Of a stretch of DNA of 64,000 nt, positions 35,309 to 64,000 are shown in pieces. The translations under genes were made by a program, and so were the position numbers. Within the stretch, counting starts at the first letter, position 1. Every line of letters starts with the position of its first letter. The notes under the pieces were generated by a model. That model did no database searches. It worked only from the letters and a program-made list of their open reading frames with translations, and was not told the origin of the DNA. The stretch comes from the human T2T-CHM13v2.0 reference genome, Homo sapiens: assembly GCF_009914755.1 (NCBI RefSeq), contig NC_060946.1, one strand, 5' to 3'.

Positions 35309-36379
35309 CACAAACCTGGATGGCGCAGTGGTCGCAGTGGCTTCAGACCCTCCTTGTCTGCCCCTCCCCTCCACCGTCTATTGACAGCGCCCTTGCTATG
35401 CACCATTTATGCCTCACTGAAGTGTTGCAGGGCTAGCACTGTGGTCCCCTCACAGCTGGTGATTTGAGGCTCAGAGAAAGATCTTGCCCAAGGCCACGCC
35501 CTGTGTGGGGACACAGTGGGTTTTAACTCAGATCTGTCCTGAAGGCCTGACTTTGCCACCTGCCTCCAAAGCTTTCTGCTTTGTGGAACCTTTTGTATCT
35601 CACCCCCCGCCCCCTTCCCCCGCCCCCAATCTGTGACCTTTCTGTGCTTCCGACAGGAAATAAACCTCTGGGGGAGAGAAGGGCAGACATGGAGCCAGGG
35701 CGACTGAGCCCCCAAGTAGGGGAGGGTGGTGAGGGGTAAGTGCTGACTCCAGGCGCGCCTGTGCTGCCCGGGTGGTGGGGAAAGGCGTGTGGGGAGAGGT
35801 GCTCGGGGGCTGTGGGAAGAGGGGCGTGGGGAGAGGCCATGGGGAGTGTCTGCAGAGTGGCAGAAACAGGGTGGCCACTTCTCCTGCTTCTCCTGGCCAG
35901 CCTCGGCCTGGTGTAATCAGTCATAGTGGCCCTTGTCACTCTAACGTGTTCCTGTTTGGACGATGAATATGGCCATCCTGAGAATGCGAGGGGGCAACAG
36001 GGTGTGCGAGGTGGGCTGAGTCCAGGATGGAAAAAGGGTTTCTGCATCAGCTTTGAGCATGCATTGCTGGGCAGAAACCCAAATGGGAGGCTTGGCAGGG
36101 GTGGGACATGGAGGAGGGGCTGGCTGTCACCAGGAGCCCACCTGGGTCCCCGCAGAGCCATCAGACAGACCACACTGCCTCCCTGAAGGGGGCAGCCAGA
36201 GTGGAGGCCAAGAGCACAGGCTGGAACTGACAGCCTGGGTTCGTTCCTGACCTCCCTGGGCCTCAATTTCCCTATCTGAAGTGTGGCACCTACCTTATTG
36301 GCTTGTTAGGAGATTAAATGAACATCTGGAGAGGGCTTAGAACAGGGCTTGGCACAGAGCAAGCACTCTTAAATCTTAA

Positions 36380-36715
<336 letters not shown>

Positions 36716-37778
36716 TCACTGCTCTAGTGGTGCAGGGGAAGCCACAGGCCATATAAGTAGAAGCCGGCCAGGCATCTGTGGGGCTCCCCAGACCTTCCTG
36801 GGGCCTAGATGGAAAATGAGGGCCAGCAGGGACCAGTGGGGAGGGGTCACTATGGGCCGGGCTGGAAGGTGAGGGGAGTTTGCGGAGGGAAGGCGGCTTC
36901 CTCTGCAGGGGCCTGTTCACCACGCTCATGATTCGGAGGGAGGCAAAGAAAGGAGGGGTGTGATGTATGGGAGGAGGATAAATGCATAGAGGGAATACAT
37001 CGCGTCTTGCCAGATTTGTGCACCTGGATCCAAGTGCAGGAGGTCAGATGTCAAAGTGTGAGGGAGATCGTGGGACGCTCCGTGGGGAGAAGGCAGGTGC
37101 TGGGATCAGCAGATGACCTGGCTGCCAGCACAGTGTCCACAGCAAAAGCCCCTGGCCCTGGACACCCAAGTTTATCCTCTAGTGGGAGAGATGCCCTCTG
37201 GGAAGGTGAGGGGACATGGCCACCTCGTGGAAGGCAGCAGGGCCCATGGTGTTACTGAGCGCCTGGTCCCACCCTCCCCAGGACCCCAGGGGACGGAGTC
37301 GTATGCTCAGCCTCCAGTGAGCAAGGAAGTCAGCGGGGCTGGGATTCAAACCGACCCTGACCCTGGGAACTGTGAGTCTTCTCAGACCGCTCGGGCCCCC
37401 CGCCTGCAGGCAGACCCCAACCTTGAACCCTAGTTGCTGCCAACCCCTCGTTCCCTCCACGGGAAAAGGCAGATGCCAGCGAGGGGGCCTTCAGCAGACA
37501 GCTCTGAGCAGTGGGGCTGGGCAGGAGCCAGGCACTGTGCCCACCCAGCCCTGTGCCCCTGAGCCCTGTGCCCGCCCAGCCCCTTGTGTCTCTACACCTG
37601 GGAACGATGGGTCTCTTCATCCATCTCTGACGCTTCCTCCCAACACTGCCCACCTAGAAGCCTGCTTAGGGGGCCTGGAGAGAGACCTCCCAGACTCCCT
37701 CCCACCACCCTGACCCCCAACTCAGGTGGCAGCCGGAGCCTGGGCGGAGGAATAGAACCTTCTGTCGTTCAGCTGAGC

Positions 37779-37784
37779 TTTATC
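37779..37784 (-). terminator. SLC16A8: Likely SLC16A8 variant poly(A) signal GATAAA
   Basis: No AATAAA seen in the first ~1 kb of 3' UTR; GATAAA lies ~230 nt after the stop. Confidence 0.55.
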
Positions 37785-38013
37785 ACCAGTTTCCTGTTGC
37801 TCCATAGCAGCTTCACTGGCGATGGGGCAGGGCCTGGCGGAACTTGGGGCACAGATGAGGGAGGCAGTTCCCAGACACCCAGGGGATCAACTGGAGCCCA
37901 GACGTGGACCCCGGGAGTGACCACCCCAGACCAGCCTCCCAGCGTACCAGGCTCTCTGAGACAAGAAGCTGTGTTCCCAAGTCACTGGGCCACCCCACCC
38001 AGAGCACCCTGAG

Positions 38014-42499
<4,486 letters not shown>

Positions 42500-42667
42500 C
42501 GCTGCCTCTGTTGGGAGGGGGCGGGGACAAGAGGGAGGGGCTGGGCCAGCAGCCTAGAGAAGGAGGGGGATGGAGACGAAGCATGGGGAAACTGAGGCAC
42601 AGGGCTACCCACGTGAGGGTGGCTCAGGTCTGGGAACCAAAAGGGGAAACGGAGGTAGGACTCTCAC

Positions 42668-42909
42668 CCCAAGTCTCCTTCTCCTGCAAAGGGCGCTGAA
42701 GGACGAGGGGAGGACGACGGGTCCCACCTGACTCTGCACCTCTGCAGGCTCCCTCTGAAGGACAACTGCTGGCCCCTCAGGGCCTCAGGTGGAAGGCGTC
42801 GGGAAGTGGAGCAGGTATGTGCCTGGAGGTGGGCGTCCAGCACCAAAGTCGCCCCGTACGCGTGAGGGTCTCGGGACAACAGAACAAACAGCAGAGGGGC
42901 AGATGCCGG
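42668..42909 (-). other. SLC16A8: SLC16A8 5' non-coding exon (internal, or proximal first exon)
   Basis: Donor ggg|gtgaga at 42668/42667; possible acceptor ctttgcag| at 42909; upstream boundary uncertain. Confidence 0.55.
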
Positions 42910-43575
42910 CTGCAAAGGGCCGCTGTGCGTGATTTTCCTCTTTAGCCTTCCGCCATGTTCCTAATGTTTCTCAGTGATCACAAATGACTATTGTCATTAG
43001 AACATTAAGGGGACAAAAGCCACTTTCAACAGATATCAGCCAGGGGAGCTGAGTTCCCATGCATCTCAGCTCAGCCATGGATTCCCTCCCTGACTTGGGC
43101 CGGTCGCCTCCCCTCTCCCAACCTCCCTTTCCTCCGATGTAAGATGGGTGATTGATCACCCCGAGGCCAGCTGGGAATCTTGCGGGAGAGGAGTCAGGTC
43201 TCTGGCTTCTGCCAGACAGGTAGGAACCTTAGCAGCACTGAGAGAGTGGCCTTCTGCCCTCCAAACCTCAAACCCTCTATATGAAAAGAATGGCTCCAAA
43301 GCCTGTCTCATTCCTGGGGCTCCACCCGGGGCCCTCACAGCAGTTACAAGCGCCCCCATAACAGATGAGGGCGCTCCTGCCCTCCTGCCCTCCTGCCTGG
43401 AGTGTCCCTCCTGGCACTGGGCAGTGCCACCACCCCCAGGGTATCCGGGACTCTGCCCCTCCTCCACTAGGACCAGGTTGTGGCTTTTCCTGCCTGTTGT
43501 CCTCTTGTCACAGGGGCAGCCACTTGAAGGTGGAGACAGGAGGGTGATCCCAGGCAGCCCTCACATCACACTCAC

Positions 43576-43810
43576 CTGAGCCTGCCTTGTGGGTTTGGGG
43601 GTCCAGCCTCACATCTCCTGAGGCCTGCAGGGAGGGGCCGCCGCCGCAGCTCCCGGTGAAGCTTACCCGGATGGGGGCTGCCAGACACCCCAGCTTCCCA
43701 CCAGCCTGGGCTGAGCCTCTGGCCGACTCCCGCCTGACGCTCCCTGCCCCAGGCCTGGAGCTTAGAGTGTGTGCCCCCACCACACCTCACCCCTGCTAAG
43801 AGGCTTTTGT
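43576..43810 (-). other. SLC16A8: SLC16A8 distal non-coding first exon (5' end approximate)
   Basis: Perfect donor CAG|GTGAGT at 43576/43575; lies between the BAIAP2L2 poly(A) site and the SLC16A8 ATG. Confidence 0.5.
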
Positions 43811-44502
43811 CCAGGAGGGGAGAAGAGACTGGGAGCCCCAGGCCAGGCTGGGCCTCGGCGGTGGGCTCCCTGTCCCAAGCCAGTCCAGGAGGGAGGAAGA
43901 GAATCCCTCTGCCTCCTGGAGCCTGGGGTGGTAGACACAGAGACCTTGCCCAGGGGGTCCTAGTCTGGTGCTGGGGGCACAGCCCTGCCCTGAAGAGACC
44001 CCAACGGTTCTAATCACCTCAGTGCCTCATCTGCCCCCGCCCCAACCCCCCGCCCCAGGCCACATTCCAGGAGGGGCTGGCAGCTTTCTCTAGAATGAAG
44101 CTAATCCACGCCTGTGCCTGGGAATGTGGGGGGGGGAGGGGCCAAAACAAAGGGTGCTGTGTCCAGGCCGCCTGAGGGCAGCTTGCTGGTGGTCCCAGCC
44201 CTTGGCCACTGCCACCTCTCCCCTGACCCGAGCAGCCGCTACTTCCTAGGAAACCCACAGGTCGAAATGAGAGCAGGTGGAGATGGGGGCTGCAGCGCGA
44301 GGGCTTTGGGGCAGCCCTAAAGAGTTCTCCAAACAAACAAACAAGGGGCTGGGAGTGAGATGGCTTCCCGGGGAACAGCCAGGACCTCAGTACCCCCTAG
44401 ACCCCATTCTCCAATGGGGGAGTCTCTATCCCTCACCCCCTGCCCTGTCCCCCAAATAAGACACCACCAGTCCTGCTGCCGCATCACTTTGCGTCCACTT
44501 CC

Positions 44503-44508
44503 TTTATT
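44503..44508 (-). terminator. BAIAP2L2: BAIAP2L2 polyadenylation signal
   Basis: AATAAA on - about 380 nt after the stop; TGTA upstream motif at 44518-44531. Confidence 0.85.
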
Positions 44509-44887
44509 TCTCATCATTTACAAAAGATGTACAGAGAGGGCATGTGTTGGGCACGGAGCAGGTACAAGGGGCTCCTCCCCACGGGGGCAGAAAAGGGGGA
44601 AAGAGGTTAGGGGGCAAGAGGTGGGCCCCCCAGGGAGAGTCCTGGAGCCCCTGGAGGGGGAGAAATTGTCCTGTCCCCCCATTCCGCCTGCTTTACTTTG
44701 AAGGTCTCGGACCCCAAGCCAGTGCTTTGGAGCTGCTCAGGCTGCCGGGGTGGTCTGGGGAGGGCAGCCACCCCCCGTCTCAGGGACCCGCTTCTTGGAT
44801 CTGCTGCTGTTGCTGCTGTCGCTGCCATTGCCAGCTCTGAACAGCCCCTGGGCAGGTGCACTGTGGGGTACGACCTCGGACCCCGCC

Positions 44888-58059
<13,172 letters not shown>

Positions 58060-58319
58060 CTGAGCGGAGTGCAGGGTGAGGGTGATCAAGGCCCCCCTAC
58101 TGTTCCCAGGCCCCAGCACCCCCTTGCACTTTCTGCTATAACAGACTGCCCATCGTGCTCCTAATATACCAGGCACCTGCCCACCTGTCAGAGAAACGGA
58201 GACAAGAACACCACCTGGCTGGAGGGAGGACGAAATGGTTAAACATTCACAATGTTTAGTGCAGTGCTGCCTGGAAACGAACCCTTGATAAGTGTGTCAG
58301 AGTCTTCTGGTTCTTATTT

Positions 58320-58640
58320 TTTGTCTTATTCTTAGTTTGTGCTTTGATGACATCATTCCCTCTGCCTGGAATTTCCTCCCTATCTTCCAGTGCCAGCTTC
58401 CTGTCTTCCTGACTTTCCCAAGCAGAATCCATTGCTCCCTCGTTTTGTCTCTGGAATGGGTGCACATTTGTTCCTTCGTTGTCCATTCCTCCAGTTGTAT
58501 ACAGAATTTATGGCCAGGGCCCCATGCATAGCCCCTTGGAGCTGCTATGGCCATGGCTCACCTCTGTGTCCTCAGCACCACGGGCAGGGCACAGCCCAGC
58601 AAAAACACTCAGAAGCTGTTGAGGTCTCAGATGGGCCTGG
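58320..58640 (+). mobile_element. L2 3' fragment
   Basis: ttccctctgcctggaat...ctcacctctgtgtcctcagcacc...ctgttga. Confidence 0.65.
58571..58591 (+). promoter_or_regulatory. RE1/NRSE-like REST site
   Basis: CTCAGCACCACGGGCAGGGCA, 17/21 match to TTCAGCACCACGGACAGCGCC. Confidence 0.5.
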
Positions 58641-58749
58641 GAGGTGACAGGTTCCCATGGCAAGTGGATGTCTGGCCACCGGGGCAGGACAGGAAAGGCT
58701 GCTGGGCTCAGGCTCAGAAGCTTCGTCCTCATTCTAGTTCTGCCTCCTA

Positions 58750-63482
<4,733 letters not shown>

Positions 63483-64000
63483 TCAACTTCAGTAAACGTA
63501 ATAATTGCCAACCATTGAAATAGGTCAAATGAGTTTAAATCTACGATATTGATTATAGTAAATAAAAGTACTACATAATGGTGTTAGTAAAAACATAAAG
63601 TTAATTGGTGGCTTCACCTTCAGAGGATGACAGGGCACAAATTCATTATCTTGGAACCTGATGAATAAAGGGAATGAATGAAACCTTTCTCCTGCCCTCT
63701 CCATATGAAACGTGCCAGTGGGTAATAATAGCAGATAAGGGGAAGGGTCTCTTTCTGGAAGCATCCTAGCTAAGAATGCTTTGAAAAGGCATGGGAGGAA
63801 CAGTGGTGTGTATCCCCGGATGCATGGCAGATCTAGACACAGTGATGCCTCCTGGTGGAAGAACTCAGTAGCCCCTCTGGTCTTGCCAAGGGCAAGGCTC
63901 CGGATCCAGAGGACAGAGAAACCAGCTGAACATACTAGGAGAGCATCCTCAGCAACTTCCAGACTATGGGAAAGTCAGAGCAGATGGTCCCAGGGTCTCC

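Overview
Human (or very close primate) genomic DNA. I recognise it as the chr22q13.1 interval upstream of SOX10, from the spliced proteins I reconstructed by hand. It contains three genes. (1) PICK1 is complete on + (12 coding exons, 17435-34758, 1248 nt = 415 aa, PDZ + BAR + acidic tail). (2) SLC16A8/MCT3 is complete on - (4 coding exons, 42499-38014, 1515 nt = 504 aa). (3) The last ten coding exons of BAIAP2L2/Pinkbar lie on - (58059-44888, 437 aa: end of I-BAR, SH3, WH2-like tail); its first exons are beyond the window end. All GT-AG junctions and reading-frame phases close exactly. There is probably also a TE-derived distal terminal exon of POLR2F near 686-1530. The rest is about 45 Alus, old L1/L2/MIR fragments, two MaLR LTR pieces and simple repeats. 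Most ORFs in the supplied track are Alu or GC-rich artefacts. I see no foreign DNA, CRISPR-like array or wholly new gene system. The best leads are: a stop-free in-frame SLC16A8 intron; stop-free in-frame PICK1 leaders that could give N-extended isoforms; a perfect RFX X-box and an ETS-CRE composite at PICK1; a paired SOX/homeobox island at SLC16A8; an L2-derived RE1-like site; an ancient local duplication; and a 39-bp orphan retroposed insert. Repeat boundaries and subfamily names are approximate, called by eye.
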